Shown here in pieces: positions 26,302-40,442 of a stretch of DNA of 64,000 bases. Within the stretch, counting starts at the first letter, position 1, and every line of letters starts with the position of its first letter. Under the pieces are notes generated by a model that was not told where the DNA came from, made no database searches, and worked only from the letters and a program-made list of their open reading frames with translations. Where the stretch lies: assembly GCA_951406725.2 (NCBI GenBank), contig OX597822.1, positions 58,652,001 through 58,716,000 of the forward strand, written 5' to 3'. The stretch is from Octopus vulgaris. Lineage: Eukaryota. The translations under genes were made by a program, and so were the position numbers.

Positions 26302-28372
26302 TTGTCTGTCCTCCACCACCGTTTGATAAACGGTGTTGGTATGTTTACGCCATCGTAACATAATAGTTCGGCAAAAAAAACTCGATAGAATAAATACCAA
26401 CTTTAAAAAAAAAAAAAAGTCACTGGGGTCGATTCGTTCGGCTAAAGTTCCCCCAAGGCAGTGCCCCAGCATGGTCGTTATATAATGGCTGATGCAAGTG
26501 AAAGATATGTCTTTTTTTTTCTTTCCTTAAGCCATTTACGTTCAACTTTTCAAGAGAATTATTAACCAGGTCAATCTCACTAGTCTGAGAGGCCTTCCCA
26601 TTGCTATAGCCACGACTCTTTCATCAGACCAAACCAAAACTTTTGGACTGAAGAAATGTCGGAAACTAACAATAAAACGAAAGAGGAGGAGCGGCAGTGT
26701 GGTAAGTAGCTTGCTTACGAACCACATGGTTCCGGGTTCAGTCCCACTGTATGGCAATTCGAGCAAGTGTCTTCTACTATAGCCGCGGGCCGACCAAAGC
26801 GTTGTGAGTGGATTTGGTAGACGGAAACTGAAAGAAGCTCGTCGTATATCTGATAATATATATATATATATGTACGTGTGTGTATATATTTGTGTGTCTG
26901 TGTTTGTCCTCCTAACATCGCTTGACAACCGACGCTGGTGTGTTTGCGTCCCTATAACTTAGCGGTTCAGCAAAAGAGACCTATAGAATAAGTAAAAGGC
27001 TTACAAAGAATAAGTCCTGGGGTCGATTTGCTCGACTAAAGGCGGTGCTCCAGTATGGCCGCAGTCAAATGACTGAAACAAGTAAAGTAAGTAAGCCTGA
27101 TTACTGGAAATGATTTGGAATTCTGGTATCATTCGGAATTCTGTATCAGCAGAAGCTTATACAGTAGTTGGATGATTCTCTTTTCTATAGATATTTGATC
27201 ATAGGTGCGTGCGTGGGTGTACGGTGTGTAATTAAGATTGAAAATTCAATACTTTAATAGCGTTAAAATAAATATTAGTAATAAATTTTGGCTCAAGGCC
27301 AGAAAGTTCGGGGAGGGAATAAGTCGACTACATTGACCCCAGTGTTCAACTGGCTTATCGACCCCGGAAAGGATAAAAGGCAAAGTCGACCCCAGCAAAA
27401 TTTGAACCTAGAACGTAAAGACAGACGAAATGTCGCTTAGCATTTGCCCTGAAATTTTGTGGATGGAGCTAAGTCAATTACATTGACCCCACTGTTCAAC
27501 TGGTACTTATTTAATCGACCCCGAAATGATGAAAGGCAAAGTCGATCCCGGCGGAATTTGAACCCAGAACGTAAAGACGGACGAAATGTCGCTAAGCATT
27601 TTGCCCTGTGCGGTAACAATTCTGCCAGCCCACCGCCTTCTGAGTTAAGAGAAATATTAAAACCTCATCTCAGTAACACGAAAACTATGCCTGCTTATCA
27701 ACAGATTTGCAGTGCCAGCAGCTATGACATAATGGCCTGTGGCGTTGTCCAGGCATGTAAGAAAACTAAATTCTATAGAATATAACACGAGTAATTTATT
27801 CTAAACACACGCGCACACACACGCACACACACAATCTGACACATCAATGTATATATCCAGAAAATTAGATCTTCGTCTATGTACTGAGATAAGTGTGTTG
27901 AAACTAAAACGATCACTGCATGGGAGAGAGATACTAGACATTCAAAAGCACACAAAGACTGTTAACTTCACTTAAACGTCTATTATTTTGTGTCAAAATT
28001 TTCGTCGCACTAATTGCGATCTGGTCACTGAAACCATCCCACTGGCGATTATTAAAGATCTGGGACTAACAATTAGAGAATCATTGGCTTGGCCTAATAA
28101 CTTTCCAACTCAGAAGAAGACCTGATAACGGCCTTGCTGGGGCACCGTCTTGGGGGAACTTTAGCCGAACGAATCGACCTCAGTGATTTAAAAAAAAAAG
28201 CCTGGTATTTATTCTATCGAGTTATTATTATTTTTTTTTTGCTGAACTGTTATGTTACGGTGGCGTAAAAACACCAACACCGGTTATCAAGCGGTGGTGG
28301 AGGACAAACAAAAATAGACACACTCACACACACACACACACACACACATACACACACGCACATACACATACA

Positions 28373-28414
<42 letters not shown>

Positions 28415-28936
28415 ATAAATAAATGCGCCCTTTTAAAGCCTAGCCAGGTTCATGGGCCCGGTTTCCCGGTTTCTATAGCGTACGTGTTCCCCAGCTGGAG
28501 TGGACTGGAGCAACGTGAAATGAAGTGTTTTGCTCAAAAACACAACGCGTTGCCCAGTCCAAGAATCGAAACCACAATCTTACGACCATGATGCTGACAC
28601 CCTGACCACTAAGCCACGCGCCTCCACACAAACACACACACACACACAAACACACACATAATTTACTATTTACTGTTTATTGTTTATGTACTTTATTGAA
28701 GAACTCGGTTGAATATAATCAGAGTGAGACAAAGAGAGAGAGAGGGGGAGATGGTGGGGAGAGGGATTTCCCATCACCACTGATCACAATGAAATAGGTG
28801 AGCTGACAGGAAGCCAAAGATCCAAGCGACGAGGGTTCAGTGGAGTCAATAAGCAAGCAGTTTTGCTGCAAAAAAGTGTTCTTGATACGGATGAAATTTT
28901 TACCGATATAATCGAGTACAACAAAACTGTTCTTAC

Positions 28937-28957
28937 AAAATAGCTACGCTTCAGCAT
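28937..28957 (-). CDS. Candidate start-codon exon (MLKRSYF), within the 37-nt exon 28937-28973
   Basis: tttttcttctcag|GTGAGGAAATTCAAAC-ATG CTG AAG CGT AGC TAT TTT|gtaaga; good CAAAC-ATG context; phase 0. Confidence 0.4.
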
Positions 28958-29259
28958 GTTTGAATTTCCTCACCTGAGAAGAAAAAGTACTGGGTGGGAT
29001 AAGTAGTGTGTGCATCTACATTACCATCTCCCCCACATACATACTTACACTCACGCGCGCGCACATACACACATGGCGACCACATCTGGGAGCAATAATC
29101 TATCCGATTGAGAATAATGTTGTTCATAGAACCTATACGCATGCATACACACAAATATACAAACACACACACGCACACATACACATACATTTTGTATATG
29201 TATCTATCTATATACATAGATATATGTGTGTGTGTATGTATGTATATATGTATGTATAT

Positions 29260-29343
<84 letters not shown>

Positions 29344-29366
29344 ATGAATGTATGTATATATACATA

Positions 29367-29570
29367 TAGTTAATCCAAACAAGAAAGCACAAAAAAACAC
29401 AACAACGCGAGGACGTGGAACAACTATAGTATTATTGGACGCTCAGGAAAGAAGGAAAGAAGGAGGATTTAACGTTTTGAGCGGAGCTCTTCGTCGGAAA
29501 CATAGAAGGAAAGATCCAGAGAAGGGAAGACAGAGGAAAAAAATCGCCAACGGTACACACGAGGTCACAT
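29367..29570 (-). mobile_element. Penelope-type terminal repeat fragment with decayed hammerhead
   Basis: Minus strand CCGACGA-A-GAGC-TCC-GCTC-AAAA-CGTT. Confidence 0.5.
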
Positions 29571-29739
29571 TGTGTATCTAAACAGGATTTAGATAATCCT
29601 ATCAGGTGGTGCTATTAAGTTAGACATGGCCTGGACCAATTTTTGGTCGAAACATATCTAAGTTTATCTAAGTTTATGTGTGTGTGTGTGTGTATGTATA
29701 TATAAATACCGTTTTATTGATTCCACCCTGTCACCTCTG

Positions 29740-30930
29740 TTCCCATGATAGGAAAACAATGCCAATGCTTGTAGAAGCCCTTGTTTTGTATTTGATATTT
29801 GAAGAATTATGGCTTTTGATGCATTATCTCTCACCTTTATCTCCACCTCTGTTGCAGCTTTACCTAGAATTCTACTATGTAGAATATCCAAGAGTTGTTT
29901 GGATATATCGGTATCAACTTCATATGGTTCACTTATATTTCGAGGTAACAAGATGAAGATTTGTGTCCATATCAATCCCAAATTCCAAATTATTGCATTA
30001 TTTAGTTCTAACTCGGGACACGAAAGGAGAACATTTTGGAGTTAAACTGTGTCATCAGGTTCAAGAATTTATATAGTTCCAAGTTTTCATTTTGTACAAG
30101 CAATCATCTTAACGTAACACAGTTGGATGGCTTTGTGCTATACAGAGGTCACAGCTGTGAGTAATTGTCTCCATAGAACCAACATAAATTCTTGTTCATT
30201 TTTACTAAATATTCTCAGAATCCATCCGGCCAGTCGTTTATCATCTTAGTTGTCTATGAAATAATGCATGGTTACTCATTATAATTTCTATGTTTAGTAC
30301 AGACCTGATTCTAGAATTACAATCTCATCCAATCATCTGTATCCATAACGAGTTCATAGAGATGACAGCGAAGTATTTGAAGCTTTCTAGTAACGAATTG
30401 TATGTTGTTTACATAAGTTCTTCACCTACATACGGCAGTATAGTTTTTCCTGAAGGCTGCAGGCTCGTCTCTAGACTTTGGTGACTGGGAGTGCCTTAAG
30501 ATATTCTGGGTGGGCACTAATTTGTAATAATGTTAAAGTGGATTACGAAGTAAGGGTGCCACTGTAAATCTGAGGGTGCTTCATTAAATAGTGAGGGGAC
30601 AGTGTCGTCCGGTGCACCTTATTAGCGACGGGTAATGGAAGGCTGTTGACATAATTTGAATTGTTGATCATTTTCTTTTAATAATTTGGTATCTTCAGAA
30701 AAGTTAGTGAGAATGGAGATCTTAGTAACATAACATTTTTTTATGTCTGTTAAAGCTATTACACTGCGTAATGAAAGCAAGATAGTTCCCTGAGGCACTC
30801 CCATTCAGAGAGTATCGTTGGTCTGTTTCTTAATAAAATCATTCAACCGTTGTCCTAGTTTTCCAGCTATGCTGAGATCCCGTAGCTTGTGATATTAGCC
30901 CATATCAACTTTAATAAATTACTGGTACAT
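29740..30930 (-). mobile_element. Highly degenerate CR1/L2/Jockey-group LINE RT fragment
   Basis: GVPQGTIL...DI...NFSEDTKL (corresponding to GVPQG..FADDTKL). Boundaries approximate. Confidence 0.65.
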
Positions 30931-32057
30931 TAAGTACTTTGTGTCAATGCTATTATGTAGTACAGAAAGCCAGCGAGTTGGCAGAATCGCTAGAACGTCG
31001 GAAAAATGCTTTACGTTATTTGTCTCGTCTCTTTACGTTCTGAGTTCAATACAGCCAGAAGTCGTCTTTGCCTTTCATCTCTCTGGGGTCGTAAAAACAA
31101 GTACCAGTAAAGAAAGTATTGGCTAACCCCTCCCTTCAAAACTGTTGGCCTCGTGCTTAAATCAGAGGAAAATTACATAATACTCAACACGTTTTTCGTC
31201 CATGTAGAAGCTACTTGAGATAGCTTTTAGAACATTTCCAATGGGTATTGCTTGGATGCACTACTAATCTAATGTATATAGATTTTGTGAAAAAATCTAT
31301 CGCTCTATTACAATAAAAATACAAAAAAAAACCCCTTCCAATATACAAATAGTGTTTTCATATACAAAATACACAAAGCTCTTGTATATTATAGCATATG
31401 CCAACACTAATATTGTCTAAAGCTTTCTAAATGTCGGATTTGATTCGTTGAGGAGCTGTATAATATTCAGTCAAAACACTTTAAAAGCTGCCCCAGGTAG
31501 CTTTACTTGGACAGAAAACGCGCTGAGTGTTGTAACTAATTTTCCTCAGAGAGTATTAACACTAGTTCCGTCCCATGACTTGGCTGATAGCTGAAGTCAG
31601 AGAGATAGGTTCTCCCTTATGAATAAGATCTATGCCATTTTCCATCCCCTCTCTCTCTCTCTTCTTGTATGTTTGTCCTTCGGAGGAAGCTTGGGAAACA
31701 TACCTGGAGTAGACTTGTTAAAACATTTTTACATATTTATTATTTTTTTTTAATAAAACAGAATTGTCTGAAGTCATAAGGACCTATTTCTGAATCCAGG
31801 CTCATCTTACATACATCAGACATTACATTTATATCACGATGATAACTGATTAAATATCTTTACTGATTTACATTATGAGCATGCGCAACAGTGGAATTGT
31901 GAAGACATTGTTTATTGTTCATTGTTCATTCGGTTTTCATTTACCTTTTGAGGGGGTAATGCAAATGAACCACTTCCTTCAAACAATAACTGCACATTTT
32001 AATGCACTGAAGCTGTTTCTTTTGCAAATATATAATGTCTGATGATACGCCATATGG

Positions 32058-32122
<65 letters not shown>

Positions 32123-32622
32123 TGTGTCCCCGCACACGTGCTTGTGTGTGTGAAAGAGAGAAAGCGTGTGTGTGTGTATGTAAGTATAAACAAAGAGCTA
32201 AAGAAAGAAATAACGAAGCGTTTTGTTGTTGTTTATTTTGTTTTGTTTTGTATTTCGGTCTTCCGAACGAGGGGTATGTGTGTTATGGAGAGAGAAGGAG
32301 AGAGATGGCAGCAGCTAGACAAAGAAATATGGGCGTGTAGGTTACGTAACTCGTTGCGAAATGAGAGGCTTATCAAAGCAGGAATTCTTACCAACTGATA
32401 TGACATCACACACTCAAACGCACACACATTATACATACATACATACACACACACATACATACATACATACATACATACATACATACATACATACATACCA
32501 TACATACATGCACACATACATACCATACATACATACCATACATACATACACACATACACACACATATATACACATACATGCATACGCACACACGTGCATA
32601 TATATATAGATGTATATGCATA

Positions 32623-32665
<43 letters not shown>

Positions 32666-32699
32666 AGATATATATATATACATATGGTATGTATGGTAT

Positions 32700-32864
<165 letters not shown>

Positions 32865-32948
32865 TGTATGTATGGGCGTCTATGTTACGTAAGTACTTGC
32901 GAAATAAAAGACTTATCAAAGGAGGAGGCATTCTTAACTGATATAACA

Positions 32949-32990
<42 letters not shown>

Positions 32991-33387
32991 TACCACACGT
33001 TGCTACACACCGCCACACACACACTGCTATACACATAAACACACATACAGAGGGGAACAAAAAGAAAAAAAGATCAAGAGCAAAACACACGCACGTGCAC
33101 CGTAATCGTATATATATATATAATTTGTGTGTTTGTGTATATGTATAAATGATGCACTGAACAGCGGATGTTGCATAATTCGAAATGTACTGTAAAGTAT
33201 ATCTTGTGATAAACAATACAAATTTTAACTATCGGCGTGATTAGTAATCAGATATACCTTGGAAAATATAAACAAATGTCTTCTTTATCTCTCCGATAAA
33301 GCGTTCTTGATCTGATTGGTTTCGTCTCTAATTGGGGGCCTTCGTTTGGGACCACGAACTAGCCCAATCTGCTCAGAGAGGGAGAGA

Positions 33388-33459
<72 letters not shown>

Positions 33460-34613
33460 TGTGGAAGAAAGAGAGAGGAAAAGAAAAAGAGAAAGAAAAA
33501 GGAAGAAGGGAAAATTATAACGGGAATAGGATAAGCGAGGATGAAGACACACGTAGGAAGAAAAAAACAGCTATGAAAGAAAGAAAATACGAAAAGGAAG
33601 AAAATATATGAATTAAAGCGAAGAAGGCAAAGAAGGAAAGAAAGCAGAATAAAAGGAATGAAAAGAAAAGAGGAAGAAAGAAGCGAAATGTGAAATGTCT
33701 TTCTGGGACAAAGGCGAAGGGAGAGAAAATTGTCTGCAAATAGAAGGAAAGAAAGAAAGAATAAGTGGAAGAAAGAATGATAAAAACATAGGCGCAGGCT
33801 TGGCTGTGCAATGGTTCCGGGTTCAGTCCCACTGCATGGTACCTTGGGCAACTTTCTTTTTCTATTGTACCGGGTCGACCGAAGCCTTGTGAGTGGATTT
33901 GGTAGACGGAAACTGAAAGAACGACAGGCTTCTTTTAGTAAAATACACACGTGTTTGTGTGTGTGTGTGTGTGTGTTTGTCACTCGGCATCGATTGACAA
34001 CCGGTGTTGGAATGTTTACGTTCCCGTAACTTAACGGTTCGGTTAAAGTTACCGATAAAATGAGTACCGGGCTTACAAAAATACAAAGAACAAAACAACT
34101 AACGAAAGAAAAGAAGCACTAGGGTTGATTCATTCCACTAAAAAATTCCTCAAGGTGCTGCCCCAGCATGGCCATAGGCAAATGACTGTAAAGAAATAAA
34201 GGTTAAAAGATAAATAAATAAATAAATAAATAAATAAAAACAACAAGAGAAGAAAGAAAGTTATGAAAAGCGGCGGGTGGTGAGTTAGCAGAATCGTTAG
34301 GATGTCAGACAAAATGCTATATTAAATTTCAGCTCCTTACGTTCAAATCCCGTTGAGGTTAACTTTTCCTGTTCGTCATTTTGCTCTCAATAAAATAAAG
34401 TATCAGTAAAGTTCCTGGGGTCAATGGCATCAACTAATTACTATTACTTGCGGCCTTGTGCCTCATTCAAAACCATTATTTTAAAGCACTATTAAGAATG
34501 ACATCATATCATTTACTGATGGCAGTGACTCTATACAGAGAGTAGAGTCTAATTTAGTGTGAAGCCTAACTCAACCATTCGAGGAATAAGCCGATAGGCG
34601 AAACTTGATCTTC

Positions 34614-34667
<54 letters not shown>

Positions 34668-34669
34668 AG

Positions 34670-34993
34670 GAGCATTCTGTCGGTTACGACGACGAGGGTC
34701 CCAGCTGATACGATCAACGGAACAGCCTGCTCGTGAAATTAACGTGCAAGTGACTGAGCAATCCACAGACACGTGTACCCTTAACGTAGTTCTCAGGGAG
34801 ATTCAGTGTGACACAAAGTGTGACAAGGCTGGCTCTTTGAAATACAGGTACAACTCATTTTTACCAGCTGAGTGGACTGGAGCAACGTGAAATAAAGTGT
34901 CTTGCTCAAGGACGCAACGCGTCGCCGGGAATTGAACTCACGACCTTACAATCGTGAGCCGAATGCCCTAACCACTAAACCACGTGCCTTCAC
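34670..34993 (-). mobile_element. tRNA-derived SINE (family C)
   Basis: Head GAAGGCACGTGGTTTAGTGGTTAGG..GAGTTCAATTCC; GTCCTTGAGCAAGACACT; related copies at about 14.2, 28.5, 39.2 and 43.0 kb. Confidence 0.85.
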
Positions 34994-35018
34994 GTATATA
35001 TATGTTTGTATGTATATA

Positions 35019-37405
35019 CAGTAAAACCTAGCAGTTCGAGTGCACCATTGTACGAGTAATTTGCTGTACGAGCCGAGGCTCGTGCGAATTTTTGTCTTGA
35101 AGTACGAGCGAAAATCCACAGAACGAGCGAGTTTCATACAAGCGACCGCTAGTCGGCCCTGAGCTCGCACACGCTCTCCCAACAAGCGCAGCCTCTGCTC
35201 GCTCAGTTCGCGTCTTTATCTCGTTGTGCAGCGTTCCTGTTGTGTTTTTCCAAGTGGTGTTTTGTTTTTTTACTTTTGTACATTTTTTGCTATTATTTTA
35301 TGATAATTAGTTGTGTTAGTCATGGGTCCTAAGAAAATTAGTGCAAAGAACAGTGCCGGAAGAAGAAAAGCTGATAACGATAGAATTGAAGAAAAAAATC
35401 ATTGATAAACATGAGAGAGGAGTGCGTGTAGTGGACATAGCACGTAAATACGACCGAAGCACGTCGACGATCTGCGCCATCCTGAAGAAAAAGAATGAGA
35501 TCAAGGCCGAGACGATCAAGGTAAAGGGTGTCTCCAGACTCTCAAATCAACGCACATCTATCCGCGAAGAGATGGAAAAATTACTTCTGTGGATCAACGA
35601 GAAGCAACTCACAGAGGATACGATTATGGAGACCATCATCTGCGAGAAAGCACGAACGCTGTATGGAGATCTCCTGAAGCAGAGACCTGGGACATCGACA
35701 GAGGAGACATCAACAGACGCATTTAAGGCCAGTCGTAGCTGGTTCGATAATTTCAAGAGGAGAGCTGGTGTTCATAGCACAGTCGGGTATGGAGAAACAG
35801 CGAATTCTGACACAAAAGCAACTGGGGGTTTCGTGTGTGAATTCCGTCAGCTCATCGCAGCCGAGGGGTACATCGTACAACAAGTATTTAACTATGATGA
35901 AACTGGCCTTTATTGGGGAAAAAAATTCACCAGAAGAACCTACATAACTGCAAAGGAGAAGAAAATGCCAGGCCACAAACCTTTGAAAGATAGACTAACT
36001 CTCGCCTTTTGTATCTATGCGAGTGGAGACTTGAAAATTAAGCCGCTCCTTGTCTACCATTCCGAAAATCCACGAGCGTTCAAATCACACAAAATCCTGA
36101 AGGAGGAGCTGCTGGTCATTTGTAGAGCAAACGTTAAAGCCTGGATCACCGGCAAATTCCTCACCGAGTGGGTCAACCTTATCTTCGGACCAGCTGTGAG
36201 AAAGGACCTTCTGGAGAACGATCTTCCTCTCAAGGCTCTCCTCATTCTAGATAATGCTCCTGCTTACCCTCCTAACTTCGAAGATGATATCCTGGACAAA
36301 TTCAAATTCATAAAAGTTCTATACCGTTCACGTAACACCACTCCTATTTGATCCCATGGATCAACAGGTAGTTTCTAATTTTAAGAAATTGTACACCAAA
36401 CACCTGTTTCGTCGGTGCTTTGAATTCACCGAAAGTACAAATCTAAACATTCGTGAATTTTCGAAGGAACACTACAATCTTGTTAACCTCCTGAAAATCA
36501 TCAGTATGGCAGGGTGTAACGAGGAGAACGCTGAATTCTGCAGGAAACTGTTGCCTGACTGCGTATCCGAAAGAGACTTCGGGGGGTTTGAGTCTGAGAC
36601 ACCTGTAGTCGAGGAGATAGTGTCTCTTGGCAAGTCCATGGACCTCGAGGTTGACGATGGGGACATTAACGATCTCGTCGAGGAACACTCAGAGGTGTTG
36701 ACGACATGAACTCCTGCAGCTTCAGGAGTAGCGGCATTCGGACGCGGTGGAAGAGATTGGTTCCCCGGAGGAGAACAGTGTAGCGGAGAAGGCTATCTCT
36801 ACGAGTGACATAAAGGCTGTGTTGGCAAGCAGTATGTTTCTGAATTTGTAAAAAAAACTATCATCCTGAAAACGTATCTACAGGTCGTGCAGTTGTTTTA
36901 TTTAATGACACGGCTCTGGATCATTTTCATAACATTTTGAAAGGCAAATAAAAGCAAACTTCTCTTTATGTGTTTCTAATGAAACGACTTGAAAGTGTGA
37001 AAAGTGAAGAGAGTGTGTCCAAAAAGCCTAAATTAAGCGAAGTGAGAGAGAAAACGTTAAAAATTGTTCTTCCTGAAGTTTTAATGGAAGGAGGTTCTCC
37101 TTCCAAACAATAATCCACCCCCTCTCTGCTCTATCGTCTTCCTCGCGCACACATCGTCCCATATTTAAGGTAATTCAATTAATAAAACCAGTTTATATAT
37201 TTTTGTATTTTCTTTTATTATGTTTTTTTCTTAATTGTCATTTTCCTTATAACTGCACCTTTTCTGTTTCAGAACCCATAAAAATGATTTTTTGGTGGTT
37301 TTGTCGGGCTGGAACGGATTAATTATATTTTAATTAATTTCAACGGGGAAAATTGATTTGTAAAACGAGTAAATCGTAAAACGAGCTCGGTCATGGAACT
37401 CGTAC
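35019..37405 (+). mobile_element. Tigger/pogo DNA transposon, near full length
   Basis: TA|CAGTAAAACCT left end; right end decayed and overrun by a SINE A fragment. Confidence 0.9.
35322..37113 (+). pseudogene. Tigger-type transposase pseudogene (CENP-B-type HTH + DDE_1)
   Basis: MGPKK start, frameshift into ORF 35341-36351 (ITIELKKKII.., FKASRSWFDNFKRR, VFNYDETGLYW, LLILDNAPAYP, NTTP), break before PMDQQVVSNFK, and C-terminal MEGGSPSKQ*. Confidence 0.93.
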
Positions 37406-37744
37406 AGCTGGTGTTGGTTTGTTTACGTCCCCATAAATTAGCGGTTCGGCAAAAACCGATAGAATAAGTATCAGGCTTTAAAAAATATACTGGGGTCGAT
37501 TCGTTCGACTAAGAACTCTTCAAGAAGGTACCCCAGTATGGCCGCAGTCTAATGACTTAAATGAGCAAATGAGAAAAGACAGACACACACGCACGCACAC
37601 ACACACACAAACACACACACACACACACAGATACACACAGACACACACACAAACACACACAGACAGACACACACACACAAACACACACACGCATATATAA
37701 GAGCTTTGTAGTTCGCTTGTTGAAGTATTGTAATATCAAAGAAG

Positions 37745-37935
37745 ATAAAAAGAGAGAAAATACACAATGCAGAATGTTTTATAAAACCTATTAATTTCAA
37801 GCACAAAGACCCATCTTCAGAGGAAAAAGCATTCCAGTTATGTAGGTTCTGTTAACTCATTCAAATTCTTTGAAGATGGGCTTTTGCGCCTGAAATATGA
37901 AGATTACAGAAACTTTCTACTTTTTCTCCTTTTTA
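37745..37935. repeat. Inverted repeat with two decayed hammerhead-like cores
   Basis: Minus strand CTGAAGA-T-GGGT..GCTT-GAAA (37795-37820); plus strand TTGAAGA-T-GGGC..GCCT-GAAA (37870-37895). Confidence 0.55.
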
Positions 37936-38537
37936 CATTCTCCGACATGCACAGACATACACAGACACACACACACGCACGCACACACATACATACATAG
38001 ACTCTTTTATGACTGCGGCCATGCTGGAGCACCGCCTTTAGTCGAGCAAATCGACCCCAGTACTTATTCTGTGTAAGCCTAGTACTTACTCTATCGGTCT
38101 CTTTGCCGAATCGCTAGGTTACGGGTACGTAAACACACCAGCATCAGTTGTCAAGCGATGTTGAGGGGGGGGGGACAAACACACACACACACACACACAT
38201 ATATATACATATACATATACGACTGGCATTGGTCGGCCCGAGGCTATAGTAGAAGACACTTGCCCAAGGTGCCACGCAATAGGACTGAACCCAGAACCCT
38301 GCGGTTCTGCAAGCTACTTACCACCCAACCACCCCTGGAGTCAGAATGCTGGATGATTTTTATACATATATATTTTATTTATTTACATCTTATTTTCATT
38401 TTTTGTGCTGTTTTTCCATTATCAGATTTATAAAAAATGGCTCAAATTTAGATTTCTTGGCCTTTTTATAAAGAATTTTCTGTGGTTTGCCAAGCAAGGA
38501 AGAAGAAAAAAAGAAGAAAATTTGTTTGAGATGGATG

Positions 38538-40041
38538 ATAAGGTAAAGAGGCATGGTTTTTGTATGGTCAGACTAGTTTGTTTAGTACTTAGTGGCCCTT
38601 TAAGGCAGGGGAGAGAAAAGAGGAGAAAGGAAAAAGAATATTTGTATTTGGATTGGTCAAGGTTTTAATTGAAAAACCAGATGTTGTTTTTGACTTTCTT
38701 CAGTAAAAGATTATAATTGCATTTCCAGGACTTGTTCTTTTGTGTTCATTAAAGAATAGTTGTATGGATGTGGTCAACTTTTTCTCACTGAAATTTTAGA
38801 TGTTTACGAAAGAGTGATTTTTGAGTTCCCTATACGCCCACACAGCAATTATATATCTATATACATACCGCCCCCACCCCCATATATATATATATATATA
38901 TATATATTCCTACACACACATACATATATCCACACAGAAAAACACATACATATACATACACACGTACACACACTCACTCAAAGACATCTATATAGGTACA
39001 TGTCCATATTTGTGCACACATACATATGTACACGTTATGATTTTTTCAGGACAATACTTAATTAATATAATTGAAGGTTCATCTCTGTGGTTAAATAAAT
39101 TTGGAAAGTTTTGGTCATTTTAGCTGTTCCTCTTGATTTTTAGCCTTCAGTCTGCAAAATGGAGTTTTAAAAAAAGCAATACACGTAGGCGTAGGAGTGG
39201 CTGTCTGGTGAGGGCGTGTGGCTTAGTGGTTAGGGCATTCGGCTCATGATCGTAAGGTTGTGAGTTCGATTCCCGGCGACGCGTTGTGTCCTTGAGCAAG
39301 ACACTTTATTTCACGTTGCTCCAGTCCACTCAGCTGGCAAAAATGAGTTGTACTTGTATTTCAAAGGGTCAGCCTTGTCACTCTCTGTGTCACGCTGATT
39401 ATCCCCGAGAACTACGTTAAGGGTACACGTGTCTGTGGAATGCTCAGCCATTTGCACGTTAATTTCACGAGCAAGCTGTTCCGTTGATCGTATCAGCAGG
39501 GACCCTCGTCGTCGCAACCGGCGGAGTCTTTAAGGAGTGGCTGTGTGGTAAGTAGCTTGCTTACGAACCACATGGTTCCGGGTTCAGTCCCACTGCGTAG
39601 CACCTTGGGCAAGTGTCTTCTACTAAAGTCTTGTGACTGGATTTGGTAGACGGAAACTGAAAGAAGCCTGTCGTATATATGTATTTGTGTGTGTGTATAT
39701 GTTTGTGTGTCTGTGTTTGTATCCCCCCCAACATCGCTTGACAATCGATGCTTGTGTGTTTACGTCCCCGTAAAAGAAACCGATAGAATAAGTACTAGGC
39801 TTACAAAGAATAAGTCCTGGGGGCGGTACTCCAGCATGGCCACAGTCAAATGACTAAAACAGATAAAAGAATGAAAGAGTAGGAGTACACAAGAAAGTAA
39901 AAAAACATCTGGTTTTTCAATTAAATCCTTGACCAATTCAAATACAATAATTCTTTTTCCTTTCTCTTCTTTTTCCTCCTCCATCTTAAAAGGCCAAACA
40001 AACAAGTCTGACCACACAAAAAAACACGCCTCGTTGTTATT
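38538..40041. repeat. Pair of ~155-bp inverted repeats (38538-38700 / 39891-40041)
   Basis: For example TTGGTCAAGGTTTTAATTGAAAAACCAGATGTT versus AACATCTGGTTTTTCAATTAAATCCTTGACCAA. Confidence 0.85.
39187..39880 (+). mobile_element. SINE A with SINE C nested in its head (39210-39531)
   Basis: TSD AGGAGTGGCTGT(C/G)TGGT on both sides of the nested element. Confidence 0.9.
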
Positions 40042-40117
40042 GACGTAAACGGAGGAGATTAGATGCTAATATGGATGATCATTTTTTTTTATTCATGTAG
40101 CTATACAATTGTTTCAT

Positions 40118-40391
40118 ACAGAAATACAAGAAATTCATATTTAAGAATCTGAGTTATCAGAAAGTGCTCGTCAGTACCTAAAATGATAAAAAGAAAAACT
40201 AAAAAAGACGTTAGCAATTACATTGGTATGGTGTTATTAATCAGTTTGTAGTGTTATTGTTCTTGAAGTCATGTCTATTTAAATAAGAACACCATAGCTA
40301 TGTAATTTCTAACGTATTTTTAGTTTTTTCAACTACCGACGAGTACTTTATGACTCAGATTCTTAAATATGAATTTCTTGTTGAATTCTGT
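40118..40391. mobile_element. Foldback/MITE-like element with ~110-bp inverted arms
   Basis: CAAGAAATTCATATTTAAGAATCTGAGT ... ACTCAGATTCTTAAATATGAATTTCTTG. Confidence 0.75.
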
Positions 40392-40403
40392 TCAATAAGT
40401 TAA

Positions 40404-40442
<39 letters not shown>

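Noticed and set aside
35341-36351. Domesticated TIGD/CENP-B gene
   Set aside because: Frameshifts, a stop before the third catalytic Asp and a retained TIR indicate a dead transposon.
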